Positions 49,250 through 59,421 are shown, numbered from the stretch's first letter. The stretch: DNA of 64,000 bases from a virus (IMGVR_UViG_3300049929_000026:73619-137618); one strand, 5' to 3'. The notes: generated by a model from the sequence alone, not told the origin. Program-made: numbers and translations.

Positions 49250-49998
49250 TTGCCACCTCCCGCTTCCGGCCACTCTTTGGCTGCGCCTATTCCCGCGATG
49301 AACAGCGCCGGAAGCTCACTGACAGACAGCTCACGCATCGGCATGATCACAATCCGCCACTCGCGCGAGTCGTCCTCCAGAACCACCGGCTCGAGCTGAC
49401 TCGAATAGCCGATCGCGATTTGCTCTGGCCGGAGTTGGCCTAGCGCCCGCTTGAGCAGATTGCGGTCGACAGCAACGCCGGGCGCGACCTGCCCAGGTTT
49501 CGGCTCCGGCCGATTCGTTTTGTCGCCCTCGCAGCCAATGCAGCCGCCCAGGGAACCGTTACCCGAACAATCCGGGCAGTCCTTCTTGTGCCCACATTCG
49601 CCGCACTCGACCTGCCCATGTCCGGCACATCGCTCGCACTTGGTCGGCTCCGGGGCGGCCCCGTTGCACCTTCGGCAAACGACCGACAGTTCGGCGGTTG
49701 CGTCCGCAAGGAAGGCGTCGACGCTGGCCCTGGGCGCAATCAGCCGATGGGGCGGCCCCATGGTCAAGTAGGCCGCCACCTGGGGCGACACGTCGGCTGG
49801 CGTCACGAGTCCCGGCTCCGCGCCCTTGAGCGCCAGGATGGCCGTCCCGTCAGTGGCACAGGACCAAGTGTCGCCGTCGATCTCCAACAGGAACGGGCGC
49901 ATCATCCATTCGGACCGATATGCGTCCGGCTGAGGAGCGCAGGAGCGAAGCCACTCCAGGCGAGTGGTGACGTGGGGAAGCGACGGCTGGGCGCTCAT
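49246..49998 (-). CDS. beta-clamp-like fragment with DnaJ-type Zn finger
   Basis: ATDG; CxxCxGxG repeats; C-terminal EPVVL...IVIMPMR resembling the DnaN end. Confidence 0.55.
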   Translation of the reverse strand: MSAQPSLPHVTTRLEWLRSCAPQPDAYRSEWMMRPFLLEIDGDTWSCATDGTAILALKGAEPGLVTPADVSPQVAAYLTMGPPHRLIAPRASVDAFLADATAELSVVCRRCNGAAPEPTKCERCAGHGQVECGECGHKKDCPDCSGNGSLGGCIGCEGDKTNRPEPKPGQVAPGVAVDRNLLKRALGQLRPEQIAIGYSSQLEPVVLEDDSREWRIVIMPMRELSVSELPALFIAGIGAAKEWPEAGGGK

Positions 49999-50121
49999 GA
50001 CGCCCCTCCGGTGGAGAGCGTGAGGGCGGTGGCTAGGTCGGAGGAATCGACGCCTTGTCCCTCAGACGCCTCGCCCGCCATCTGCATGGCGGGCCCGCCT
50101 GGCTCCGTTCCAACGAATTGC

Positions 50122-50307
50122 CGTTCCCACAAACGTTCCCACAAATGGGGGCCACCTGACGCATTTCCTCGCGCTTCGTCGCGTTGTTCATCGATAAAAA
50201 CGCCAATGATCCCCGACACGCCGCTGGGTTGAGGTGCTGCTGGAGAGACCACTAAACCTCGGTAAAACACATCGTTCCCACAAACGATTTGGGCTCGTTC
50301 CCACAAA
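50122..50307 (+). repeat. four direct repeats CGTTCCCACAAA, probable integrase arm sites (attP)
   Basis: Exact copies at 50122, 50134, 50273, 50296. Confidence 0.75.
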
Positions 50308-50326
50308 TGGCTTTTCGTAGACTCTC

Positions 50327-50410
50327 GCTCAGGTGGCGGAACTGGCAGACGCACCGCCTTGAGGTGGCGGCGCCGTAACTGGCGTGGAGGTTCAAATCCT
50401 CTCCTGAGCA
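50327..50410 (+). tRNA. tRNA-Leu(GAG)
   Basis: GCTCAGG/CCTGAGC acceptor stem, CCGCC-TTGAGGT-GGCGG anticodon arm, long variable arm, GGTTCAAATCC T-loop; no encoded CCA. Confidence 0.95.
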
Positions 50411-50449
50411 CTGCCCCGGCGGTCCACTGACGACCGCTGGGGCGACGAA

Positions 50450-51619
50450 CTACTCCGTCGGCCCATCGGCAGGCCTGCCTTGCAGCTGTGGCGGACCCGG
50501 CGCAGGCGGCAGCTTGGCCACCCGATCGGACTCGAGCAGGTCCACCGCCGCCCGCTTCGACGGCTTCACGTACCGTGCCGTGGTCGACATCAGCTTGTGC
50601 CCCGCCATGTGCTGGGCCCCCGCAATGTTCTTCGTGTTCTCCAGCCAGTGGGTGATCCGCGCCGACCGCAGGTGGGCTCCCGCAAACAGGTCGGCCCGGT
50701 GCTTGGGCAGGGCATCCAGGACCGCTTTCTTCAGCTGCCCCCGGTAGTCGTGATGGCCGAAAATCACCCCCTGCTTGGGACACACGCTGTCCAGTGCCGC
50801 CCGCGCCGCCCCCGTCAGCGGAACCTCGCGCTGATAGCGGCTCTTGTCGATGACGACCTCGATCACAATCTCCTGCCGCCCCTTGCCGTAGTGCTCCGGT
50901 ACGCTCAGCAAGTCGAGCGTCTCGGGTCGCAAGCTGGTCTCGTAGGCCACGATGAACCGTGCCTGCACCGGGAACGGAGCCACCTTCTTGGACTCGCTCC
51001 ACTCGGGCAGCTTCGCCAAGATCGCCCGCACCTCGTCCGGGCTGATCTCGATGGCCGCCGATCGGCGACGCTTCTCGAAGCGAGTCCCGGGCACCCGCTT
51101 GGGGATCCCTTCGATCGCCATCTTGGTCGGCAGGTACCCCTGGCCCGGCCGAGCCGCCCCGTCGGGGCCGAAGTCGTACAGCCACGCCGCGAACGAGCGT
51201 AGCGCCGAGAGCTCCTTCCTGACCGTGACCGCCAGCACGGCTCTGAGCCGGAGGTTCCGGTACTCGACCGCCGTCTGGTCGTTGAGGTCGTGAAGCCCCT
51301 TGAAAAAGTTCAGCCAGTGGCTCTCGGCGTAGCCCTTCCAGGTCTTGATCGTCGAGAAGTCGTGGGTCGCGGTGAGGAAATAAAGCCATTGTTCGATCAG
51401 GCCTTCAAGAGCTTCGACGTGCTTGGTTGGCTTGGGCTGGGGCTTTGCGACTCGCGAGACGACCTCGGCGTAGAGTCGCGCCGCTTCACGCGGAGCCAGC
51501 TCGGGATCGCTGGTTTCGGTGTTGATGTCGTACTTCTTGCCGGCCCACGTGAAGCGGACCCAGAAGGAGTGGCCTTCTTTGCGTTGCTTGCACTTCCAAC
51601 CGCTTGCTGGTCTACCCAT
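50450..51619 (-). CDS. int: tyrosine integrase
   Basis: N-terminal arm-binding domain; SLRPET, AHLRS, AGH...TTARY. Confidence 0.9.
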   Translation of the reverse strand: MGRPASGWKCKQRKEGHSFWVRFTWAGKKYDINTETSDPELAPREAARLYAEVVSRVAKPQPKPTKHVEALEGLIEQWLYFLTATHDFSTIKTWKGYAESHWLNFFKGLHDLNDQTAVEYRNLRLRAVLAVTVRKELSALRSFAAWLYDFGPDGAARPGQGYLPTKMAIEGIPKRVPGTRFEKRRRSAAIEISPDEVRAILAKLPEWSESKKVAPFPVQARFIVAYETSLRPETLDLLSVPEHYGKGRQEIVIEVVIDKSRYQREVPLTGAARAALDSVCPKQGVIFGHHDYRGQLKKAVLDALPKHRADLFAGAHLRSARITHWLENTKNIAGAQHMAGHKLMSTTARYVKPSKRAAVDLLESDRVAKLPPAPGPPQLQGRPADGPTE

Positions 51620-51765
51620 TGCTCGATTTCCTCGATTCGGAAAAGGAGCCGCCGACCAATGCGAACCGGCGTCAAGCTTGGACGCACATGAGCGTCAAAC
51701 GTGCGGGCGCCAATACGGAGGCGGGTCGCTGCTTCTTCGCGCGTGACGAGAGCGACACTGCTCAC
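51397..51765 (-). CDS. excisionase-like HTH protein
   Basis: VTREEAATRLRIG...VRIGRRLLFRIEEIEQWV; upstream of and overlapping int. Confidence 0.75.
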   Translation of the reverse strand: MSSVALVTREEAATRLRIGARTFDAHVRPSLTPVRIGRRLLFRIEEIEQWVDQQAVGSASNAKKATPSGSASRGPARSTTSTPKPAIPSWLRVKRRDSTPRSSRESQSPSPSQPSTSKLLKA

Positions 51766-52052
51766 TTGCCCACCTTGCAATCTTCTGGATACGGATTTTC
51801 CGTCGCAGGCTCGTTCTCGGCGTGGCCGCCCCGGGCATCTAACTTGCCGGCCCGGTAGCCACTCTCCCAAGCCCGGTGCGCCGCCTTTGCTTCGATATCC
51901 GCCAGCGCCTGAGCCACTCGCTTCATGCGCTCGTCACCCGCGCCGACTCCACCGCCTTCGTCAATCCAGCGCTGCTCGTGGGGGCGGGGCCTATCACTCC
52001 ACACGCATGCGAAGGCAAGGGACCGATGATGCTTTAGGACGGGGGCGCTCAT

Positions 52053-52466
52053 CTACAGTCCCCCATCTTTCGCTCGGAAGTCAGGTAGCGGGTCTCGGTC
52101 GAGCGGGGAGTAGAAATGCAGGCAGTGTTTCGCGAAGTTGTAGTGCTCGTGACGAGCTGGGAGCACCATGACAGCCTTCCGATCAACACCAACGAAGGTG
52201 TCTTTCACGCGCTGCATGTCAAAGTAGTTCGGGTCCCGATCGCGACGGCTGAACGACACATGAAGCCAGAGAGCATCGTCGATGAACTCGACTTCGACGG
52301 CTACCTTCAACCCGTCAGTGCTGAGCATCCAGCGGCAATTGTAATAGTCGTTCTCTGCTCCCCATGGGAGCCATCCGGCGGGGACGATGCGAGGGAACAC
52401 CTCCGCAAACATATCAACGATCCGTTTCTGCTCGGCCTCGGAACACGAGTTAGCGAAGCGCTTCAA
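52053..52466 (-). CDS. conserved-looking phage hypothetical protein
   Basis: WLHVSFSRRDRDP...VKDTF...HCLHF motif. Confidence 0.65.
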   Translation of the reverse strand: MKRFANSCSEAEQKRIVDMFAEVFPRIVPAGWLPWGAENDYYNCRWMLSTDGLKVAVEVEFIDDALWLHVSFSRRDRDPNYFDMQRVKDTFVGVDRKAVMVLPARHEHYNFAKHCLHFYSPLDRDPLPDFRAKDGGL

Positions 52467-52761
52467 GCGACCCTCCTGATCCGAGCAAGGTTGTAGAGCC
52501 CGATCACCTGCCGCCCCAGCTCCGTCTCAGGCGTTAGTCCTTCGAGCGCCTCACCCAACCGTTCCCACCACATCGCTTCGAGCTCGGGCGGTGCAAACCC
52601 GAGACTATCCTTCACCGAGCGCACAGCGAGCCAGTGCTCGTCGGACTCTGGGATGACCACTGAGAGGTTCTCGCAAAGGTCGAGGAGGACGGTGCACGCT
52701 CCGCGCTCCCGATCGATCAAGCGGCCCGCGGCTCGCGCCGCTGGCTCCCCAGATGCTCGGA

Positions 52762-53091
52762 TCACGGAGCCCTCTCTTCCTGAGCGATTGCGCGATCGAA
52801 CAGCTCCAGCACCTCTGTTTGGGTGCGGGCTGGCTCGTCGTTCCAAAACGAAAGCAAGCTAGGTGGGTTCAGCGCCCTAACCAGAGCGGCGAGGGCACGG
52901 TCACCTGTCGCATCGTCTCCGACTGCTGAGGCGTAGATACCTCCGATGGAGCACCAACAGCAGGCTTCCGGCTTGTCTATCCTCACGACCCGGCCCTCAG
53001 AATCGCGGGCAGACGCGCCTTGGCACCAGCCGATCGCGATCTTCGCGCGCGCCCCGCGCAGAACTTCGATCGTCGAGAAATGGCTCATCAC
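52762..53091 (-). CDS. hypothetical protein (paralog of 48938..49249)
   Basis: Same GWCQG/WND motifs. Confidence 0.65.
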   Translation of the reverse strand: MMSHFSTIEVLRGARAKIAIGWCQGASARDSEGRVVRIDKPEACCWCSIGGIYASAVGDDATGDRALAALVRALNPPSLLSFWNDEPARTQTEVLELFDRAIAQEERAP

Positions 53092-53908
53092 GCCTCCGCC
53101 TTAGGCAAGCTCTCAAACCATTCGCGAGAGCAGAAGATCGCGCGGGCCCCGTGATCCACCACTGCGTGAACGATGCCCTCCTCCGGATTGCGAGAGGGAT
53201 ACGGGAAATGGCTCTTGTGCACCGCGACGCGGTATCCGGCGGCCAATGCCTTCGCCAGTTCTCCGACGACCGGGGTCACTTGCCGCCTCCGCAATCAATC
53301 GAGCAGCCGACGTAGTCGCAGTGATACGCGACCGGCGCGCCTTCGTCTGTGAAGGTCGAGCAGGACATGGCATTGCCCGTTGACGCTCGGCAATCACTGA
53401 AGCGGGGGTGAATAGCGTGCGCGCGCTCGAAGTCGGTCTCATTTGAGAGAGCGAGCTTGAACTGGAGCGAGTCGACGCTGGCATCACTCGCAGCCAGGGT
53501 CAGCGGCGCCGGCGCGACATTGGGCGGAGCGTCGGCGCGCTGAGAATGGTTGCGTGAACAGAAGACGCCGAGGGCAAACGCCGCCCCGGCAAGTAGGGCG
53601 GCTACTACGCCCAGATTCGTCGGGCTTATCGGTGCACCACAAACGGTTTTCATTTCTGAACCTCGACGCCCTTCTCGCAGCTCAGGTCGATGCCGTAGTG
53701 GTGACCGTTGACGGTAACCCCGAAGCAGACCGCCCAGAGCAGCACGATACAAACGAGCAAGCCGAGGCATCCGCCGTCGCTTGATGAGTCGGTCATTTTC
53801 CGAACGCTCCAAGCGCAACGGCTGCCGCCAGCACAGAGACCGTGAAGAGGTTGAACAGCGCTAGTTGCACCGCGATGCGCTGCCAGTAGCGGGCCTGCTC
53901 ATCTGGTG

Positions 53909-54490
53909 TCACAGGCGTCTCCGAACCTGCGCGAGCAGAGCCACTCGCTTCTGCGCACCATCCCAGAGTCCAGTACACCCGCGACCGGCGAGCATGTGCC
54001 AAAGGCCTAGCTCCGATTTGCATTCGGCAAGCGCACCGAGCTGCAACGCGCGGGCCGCTCGGGCTTGGACGAGCAAGTCGTCGGATCCCCAAACGTCGGC
54101 GTTGTGGGCATTGCGGTGAATTTGATAGGTACCCCAGGCGCGGTGGCGGATAGTGCCGTCCTTGTCTTTGTAGGCGTCGCCCTGGTGCTCGCTATATTCC
54201 GAGCGCGCAACGGCAGCGGATAGCCCCGACTCCATCACGGCTTGGGTGACTAGCCTCGCCGCACACTCCCGATCGTGCTTGCACGCCGTGTCGACCGCCA
54301 CGCCGAATTCTTGCGCGTCGACGAGCTCAACCTTCTTGGAGCCGAAGCGCGGGACTAGAGCCGCGACGCGATCGGCGAGCGTCGGCACGTCAGCCATAGC
54401 GATGGCGCTGAAGGCCATCGACAACGCAATCACCACCAGTACGATAACCGCGGCCCACGCGAGTTTGACCTCGAGCTTTACTAGATCCAT
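53909..54490 (-). CDS. membrane-anchored lysozyme/lytic transglycosylase-like protein
   Basis: N-terminal TM; VMESGL and AWGTYQI motifs. Confidence 0.55.
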   Translation of the reverse strand: MDLVKLEVKLAWAAVIVLVVIALSMAFSAIAMADVPTLADRVAALVPRFGSKKVELVDAQEFGVAVDTACKHDRECAARLVTQAVMESGLSAAVARSEYSEHQGDAYKDKDGTIRHRAWGTYQIHRNAHNADVWGSDDLLVQARAARALQLGALAECKSELGLWHMLAGRGCTGLWDGAQKRVALLAQVRRRL

Positions 54491-54600
54491 TCCAAAACTC
54501 CCTTCAATAAGTTCGGCAATTGCCGACAAAAGTGCAGCGCGCTTCCCTTGAACATCCGCTCAGCTGGTTTCCGAGCGGTCAAGTGACCACGCTGACGACA

Positions 54601-55044
54601 ATGGCGAAGAGCACGACGCGAAACCCCGACGGAAACCCCGCAAACGAATACGCAATCGCGATCGGCTTGGCCGTTGCCAAGCGTATCGAATTGATCTGCA
54701 GCTCGCGCGAGATCCCCTTCTCCGACGTCGAGAGCCACATCGGAGTGGCCAAGGGGACCATATCCGGGATCGTTGCTGGTAGACGCGGGAGCGCCACGAC
54801 GGGCGCTCTGCTTGTGCATATTGCTGACGCCCTCGATGTGGAGGTTGGCTGGCTGATAACAGGTCGTGGCTCCGAACATGCTTTCTCTCGAAAAGGCTTT
54901 ACGCTCTGCGGCGTTTCGTGGGAGTCGCGACTTTGGCCGCCGGCTCTTCTGCGGCTGGCACAGCCGCTAGTGAGTCCGTCAAGACTGCAGCCAAGGTCTC
55001 GTAAGAAGAGGCCACCGCAGCGAGTTCGCCGGCGGACGCCATAG
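54601..55044 (+). CDS. XRE-family HTH regulator, antisense to the operon
   Basis: FSDVESHIGVAKGTISGIVAG...IADALDVEVGWLITGRG; palindrome 10 nt upstream. Confidence 0.75.
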   Translation: MAKSTTRNPDGNPANEYAIAIGLAVAKRIELICSSREIPFSDVESHIGVAKGTISGIVAGRRGSATTGALLVHIADALDVEVGWLITGRGSEHAFSRKGFTLCGVSWESRLWPPALLRLAQPLVSPSRLQPRSRKKRPPQRVRRRTP

Positions 55045-55376
55045 CCTGGCGCGCCTGGGATCCGATCATTGCCGCGCGCTCGTGAAGTGCGGCTGAAGAC
55101 CTGGACGTCGGCAACGTCGAGTCTAGCCCGTCGAGGATGGTGCAAACCGCGCGAAGGTCCGTGCAGATCTTTGCCAGGCGCTCGAAGCTCGTGCCTGCCA
55201 GGTGCTCAATGGTCGTTTGTGGAACTCGAATCATGCTTGAACCCATCAGTGAACTCCTACTGAGACGTGATTCCAGATCCAGCCGCCCGCGTGTTCGCAG
55301 CCGAGACCAGCTGCGCCGCCGATCAAGGCGATCATCGCGATGAAAATCAGCCAGTCCGTGCCGCTTGGGCCATACA

Positions 55377-55991
55377 TCAGGCGGCCCGTTTGACGGGTTG
55401 ATCTACTTCTTGCGCTTCGCTTCCCGGCGTTGCTGCGCCAGCGCTGCTAGCCGCTGCCGACGGTTCATGCCCTGGAATTGCTTGAATTGCGTTTCCGTGA
55501 GCTTCACCGTGTAGCCGGCTTGCTCCGCGTCCGAGACCATCTCGAATGTCGCTATCGCCCCGCTTCGTGGATCCATTGTCTTCTTGCTCCTGGTGCTGAT
55601 GGCTCGCGTGGTCACTCACGCCCCGGGCGTTACCCAGGATTGCCGCATGACGCTGTTCCTCCGAGAGAATCGCGGACAACGCCGCGTCCAAACCCTGGTG
55701 CGCGATCACCTGGTCAAGCAAGTGCAGGAATGCTTCGAGCGCGACCATGCGCACCTCCGCGCGCTCAATGCTGCCCATGGCTCTCTTGGTTACGCCGACC
55801 CGAGAACCGATCTCGGCCTGAGAAACCCCAGCCGCTTCGCGCAGGCGCAGCAAGCGAAGGGAAGTTTGCCGCCTTGAGCGCAAGGCTTGCGTGCCTAGCT
55901 TGACCGGTGCAGGCGGTACAACAGCATGAGCAATCCTATTCGGGTCGCCGATTTGACCCAAGTCCAGCCCCGATCCACATCGTCGGATCAC
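55377..55991 (-). CDS. XRE HTH protein downstream of cro (cII position)
   Basis: LREAAGVSQAEIGSRVGVTKRAMGSIER; start uncertain. Confidence 0.6.
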   Translation of the reverse strand: MIRRCGSGLDLGQIGDPNRIAHAVVPPAPVKLGTQALRSRRQTSLRLLRLREAAGVSQAEIGSRVGVTKRAMGSIERAEVRMVALEAFLHLLDQVIAHQGLDAALSAILSEEQRHAAILGNARGVSDHASHQHQEQEDNGSTKRGDSDIRDGLGRGASRLHGEAHGNAIQAIPGHEPSAAASSAGAATPGSEAQEVDQPVKRAA

Positions 55992-56251
55992 GCGGACCTC
56001 AGTTTCGCTCGGCCAATCTCGATTTCTTCGAGCTCGGCCTTGGTGAGCCAATCCGTTTCCGAGACTTCCCCTTTCGTCAATTGCGAAATTAGGATTCGTT
56101 TCACGACGCCAGGTTGGGCATCGCCGTGTAGCCACCGCCACACTTGTGATGTGTCGCAATCCAATAGCGTTGCTAGGTCGCCATTGCTCACGTCGTTCGC
56201 TTTCGCCCACGCGGGCAGCTTTTTCAGGGCTGAGGACTTGAATTTTATCAT
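55988..56251 (-). CDS. Cro-like repressor
   Basis: SNGDLATLLDCDTSQVWRWLHGDAQPG...LTKGEVSETDW; divergent from the cI-like gene. Confidence 0.8.
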   Translation of the reverse strand: MIKFKSSALKKLPAWAKANDVSNGDLATLLDCDTSQVWRWLHGDAQPGVVKRILISQLTKGEVSETDWLTKAELEEIEIGRAKLRSA

Positions 56252-56272
56252 GAGTAACGCCCGCGGGCGCGA

Positions 56273-56325
56273 TGAGTATGATCATACGCATTGGGCGAGG
56301 CAAGCGCTAATTGCGAGCGCTCACA
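56273..56325 (-). promoter_or_regulatory. leftward early promoter TTGCCT-N17-CATACT with operators
   Basis: Operators 56273-56290 and 56311-56325 match 57275-57292 and 57228-57242. Confidence 0.7.
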
Positions 56326-56347
56326 AACCAGCGCTAAAGTCCCGGCC

Positions 56348-56848
56348 GTGGCACGAGATTTAACGACTGAGCAGCGGGTTCGCTTGGCAAAGGCAATCCG
56401 AGATGAGGTGGCCCCGCGTGTGCTCGGCCCAAGATTTACCAAGCTCGACCAGAGCGCAATCAGCAAGGCGCTGCATGTGCTCCCGTCGACACTCAACCGC
56501 TTGCTGAGCAAGAACCCGCCCGTAGGTGGGTCGCTGCATCTGGTGGAGGTTGTGGCGAGCTACTTGAATATGCCGAAGGAACAGATCCTGGACGGCGTTG
56601 CAAAAGAGTCGCCCGTCCCGCGCCTGCGCGATCTCCCAGGCTATAAGGATGCGCGGCTGAACGCGGACCGAAGGATCAAGGACGAGAGAATTGGCATCAA
56701 TGACGCTGCGCTCGAGCGCGCCGGAGATGTGCGCGTTACGCCCACACCTGGATCAGTAAATGCGAACATGCTGATCGGCTTAGCGTCGGCACTTTCCAGT
56801 GTAGGTCACGATTCGGCTTCGAAGATCCGCGTCGGACGGATCAAATAA
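56348..56848 (+). CDS. cI-like HTH repressor (no S24 peptidase domain)
   Basis: DQSAISKALHVLPSTLNRLL HTH; divergent from cro; start approximate. Confidence 0.7.
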   Translation: MARDLTTEQRVRLAKAIRDEVAPRVLGPRFTKLDQSAISKALHVLPSTLNRLLSKNPPVGGSLHLVEVVASYLNMPKEQILDGVAKESPVPRLRDLPGYKDARLNADRRIKDERIGINDAALERAGDVRVTPTPGSVNANMLIGLASALSSVGHDSASKIRVGRIK

Positions 56849-56929
56849 GTCACACGAGGCCAACTTGCACATTGAAATCTCTACCCCGTTGGAGCACGTT
56901 CCGCCGTCCTGCTTGGAGGCGAAAATCGG

Positions 56930-57202
56930 ATGGGGTTACCGGAACGAATTGATGCGGACGCGAGAGAGGTTGCGTCGGAGCTACAGCTAGAGATCGTCGA
57001 GGTCCGAGGCGTGCCGTGGTGTGTAGGATCGGTCGGAGACACCATCCTTTGCCGCTGGAGCGCCGTGGAGTCCGTGCGGCAGGCCAGGATCTGGGAAGGG
57101 ATCTCGCAGTGCCTGCTCGGACGGCTCGGCCTCGAGTGGACAGCTGATCAGGCGCGCAACTTGGGGCACTGGCTCCGAGTTGCAGCGTCATCGACGCCCT
57201 GA
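56930..57202 (+). CDS. degenerate ImmA/IrrE-like small protein
   Basis: GGAGG RBS; position after repressor; RQARIWEGISQCLL where HExxH is expected. Confidence 0.4.
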   Translation: MGLPERIDADAREVASELQLEIVEVRGVPWCVGSVGDTILCRWSAVESVRQARIWEGISQCLLGRLGLEWTADQARNLGHWLRVAASSTP

Positions 57203-57227
57203 GTAAATCGCACGTTTTCGCGTACGT

Positions 57228-57296
57228 TGTGAGCGTACGCAAAAATAGTTGCGATTTCTATTTGCGCGCAGAGTTGCGTATGCGCATACTCACAGC
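57228..57296 (+). promoter_or_regulatory. rightward early promoter TTGCGC-N17-CATACT with operators
   Basis: -35 at 57262-57267, -10 at 57285-57290; ATG at 57297. Confidence 0.7.
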
Positions 57297-57566
57297 ATGT
57301 CGACGCGAACAGACCGCCGCCCCAACCGCCTCGCCCTCAAGTCGCTCCGCCTCCGCCTCGCTGTCCTGAACGAGGAACTGGCGACCTGCACCACCCTCGC
57401 CATGGGGCAGTGCGTGATGGGCGCAATCCAGGACACCCAGCGCCAGATCCGTGGGTTTGAGGCGCCGCTGCCGATTACGGCTGCCCCGAAGGCCACCGAG
57501 TGGTCCGACGAAGATCGCTTCTACCGTCGCGACGTGCCGGGCGCCCTACTCGAAGGGGCCGAATGA
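57297..57566 (+). CDS. early hypothetical protein, probably leaderless
   Basis: ATG begins 7 nt after the -10; no RBS. Confidence 0.6.
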   Translation: MSTRTDRRPNRLALKSLRLRLAVLNEELATCTTLAMGQCVMGAIQDTQRQIRGFEAPLPITAAPKATEWSDEDRFYRRDVPGALLEGAE

Positions 57567-59040
57567 CCGCCGCCGCAAAAGCAAAGCCCGAGCGCTCCTT
57601 TGAGGACATCTTCGGCGCGTTGACTCAGTGGCTCCGTGCGCCGAGCAAGTCACGCGAGCAGCGCACCGAGACGATCTCGATCGGGTTGATCGTGAAACTC
57701 TACGAGGCGGGGACCCTGCAAGCCACGGGGCGCGGACGCGACGCTGATACCGCGTTCGAGGATGCTCTCGAACAGGTCGGTGCGCTGTGATCTGCTCCTG
57801 CGGCGCCTCAGTCAGGTTCACGCCCGCAACCGTGCGTGGTGTGACGGTGTTCGAAGAATCATACCTGCTGTTCGTCGACTGCGTGAAATGCGACTCGACT
57901 TGCAACGTCACTCTCTGGGAGTCCGAGGAGCAGGCGCTTTACGTGGAGCCGAGAGGCGTTCGAGAGGCAATCGCGGCTGAGTAGGTCGCGACTCCGCGCG
58001 ACGGCAGATTGGACCGACGATAGCCAAGTCGATCCGACTGCCGTCACGCGGGTTCACGCACCCGAGGGACGCAATCACGGAGGGATTCCCAGTCACGAAT
58101 CGGAGCCAAAAATGAACCGCAAAACAACCATACGCCTGACCATGACTCTCGAATGCATCGAGGAAGCAACCCCGAGCAGCGGACCTTTTCGGACTGCACG
58201 CCGGGTGATCGAAACGAGCGGAGAAACAGTCGCAGAACTCGTGAGCCCAGGGGTGCGCAAAGCGGCGGTAGCGCCAGTGATCCCACTGAAGCGCGTGGTA
58301 AACGGGCGATGAGCCTCCATCACTCTGCGCTGGCATCGCGCTATATCATCACCCCATCGAACCAGCGTCCCGCGGACACGGCGTTCGGCTACTTCGTCAA
58401 GTTCTACGGCCCGAAGCGTAATGGTGCGGTGTCTCTGTTCTGGACGAGTTCGCGGGAGTCCGCAGAGCGCTTCGCGGCTGGCAGGACCTGCTACGGGCGT
58501 CCGGCTGTAGTGCAGCGGCGCGAGGAGTGGGCTGCTGGGCGCTCGATCGGCTTCTCTGCGCACCAGGCGGTGGTCAAGTGACCGCTTTGCGGTACACGTT
58601 CGTCCGCAAGGTCGGCAGCCGCTACGGTGAGTTACACCGTGAGCGCGCCGGATTCGTGAAGATCGTTGCGCGCGCCTACCTAAACAGCGAGGGGTGGTTG
58701 TCGGTTGGCGATGGCTCTTGGCGGACGCCGGGTAGCTTCCGCGTCCAAACCGAAGAGCCGCCGGCGCTCGTCGTTCCTGTTCCGGTACTCGATCGCGTGG
58801 TGGCCGAAGCAATGCAGCACGCGCGGCGCCTGCTCGGTGAGCGCTTTCATGCGCAAGCGCCGGCCAACCCCCGTGACCACGTCACCAGCTCAGGTCGCGA
58901 CATGCACCAGGAATCGCCGTGATCCGCCTGTGTGTCTGGCTGCTCGACCGCTTTGACGCCCGCCTAATGCGTCGCGAAATAAAGAAGCCTCGCGGCTGAT
59001 CGAACGTCAATCCACCTACCTATGAACCAAAAGGGGACCC

Positions 59041-59421
59041 ATGAAAACATCGAACCAAGCCATTCACAATCTCGTCAACACGTTCGTTACCGATCTGCAG
59101 AACCTCTTCATTGCAGACATCATCCAGTCGCTCGCGGCTCTCGCTGGTGCCGGTAACGCGGCAACCACGCAGAAGCTGCCTAAGGAGGCGAAACCAGCGG
59201 CCCGGGCCAAGGGCGCGAAGCGCTCGCCCGATGAACTGGAAGCCTTGGGAAAGCGCCTGCACGCATACGTCTCGAAACACCAGGGCCAGCGCATCGAGCA
59301 GATCGCAGTCGGTATGGGCGTCACGACCAAAGAGCTCACCCTCAGCGTCAAGAAGCTCGTCGCCGAGAAGCGGCTGGTGACCAAAGGCGCCAAGCGGGCA
59401 ACAAGCTATACAGCCCGTTAG
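59041..59421 (+). CDS. basic nucleoid-associated-type DNA-binding protein
   Basis: GAKRSPDEL...GQRIEQIA...TKEL...KKLV...TKGAKRATSY; recalled from Polyangiaceae proteins. Confidence 0.65.
   Translation: MKTSNQAIHNLVNTFVTDLQNLFIADIIQSLAALAGAGNAATTQKLPKEAKPAARAKGAKRSPDELEALGKRLHAYVSKHQGQRIEQIAVGMGVTTKELTLSVKKLVAEKRLVTKGAKRATSYTAR

Noticed and set aside
50327-50410. tRNA as a prophage/host boundary
   Set aside because: Phage-type genes, a paralog pair and the dispersed palindrome continue on both sides
49995-51389. 464-aa ORF overlapping int and the tRNA
   Set aside because: Shadow frame in GC-rich DNA that crosses the tRNA and att repeats
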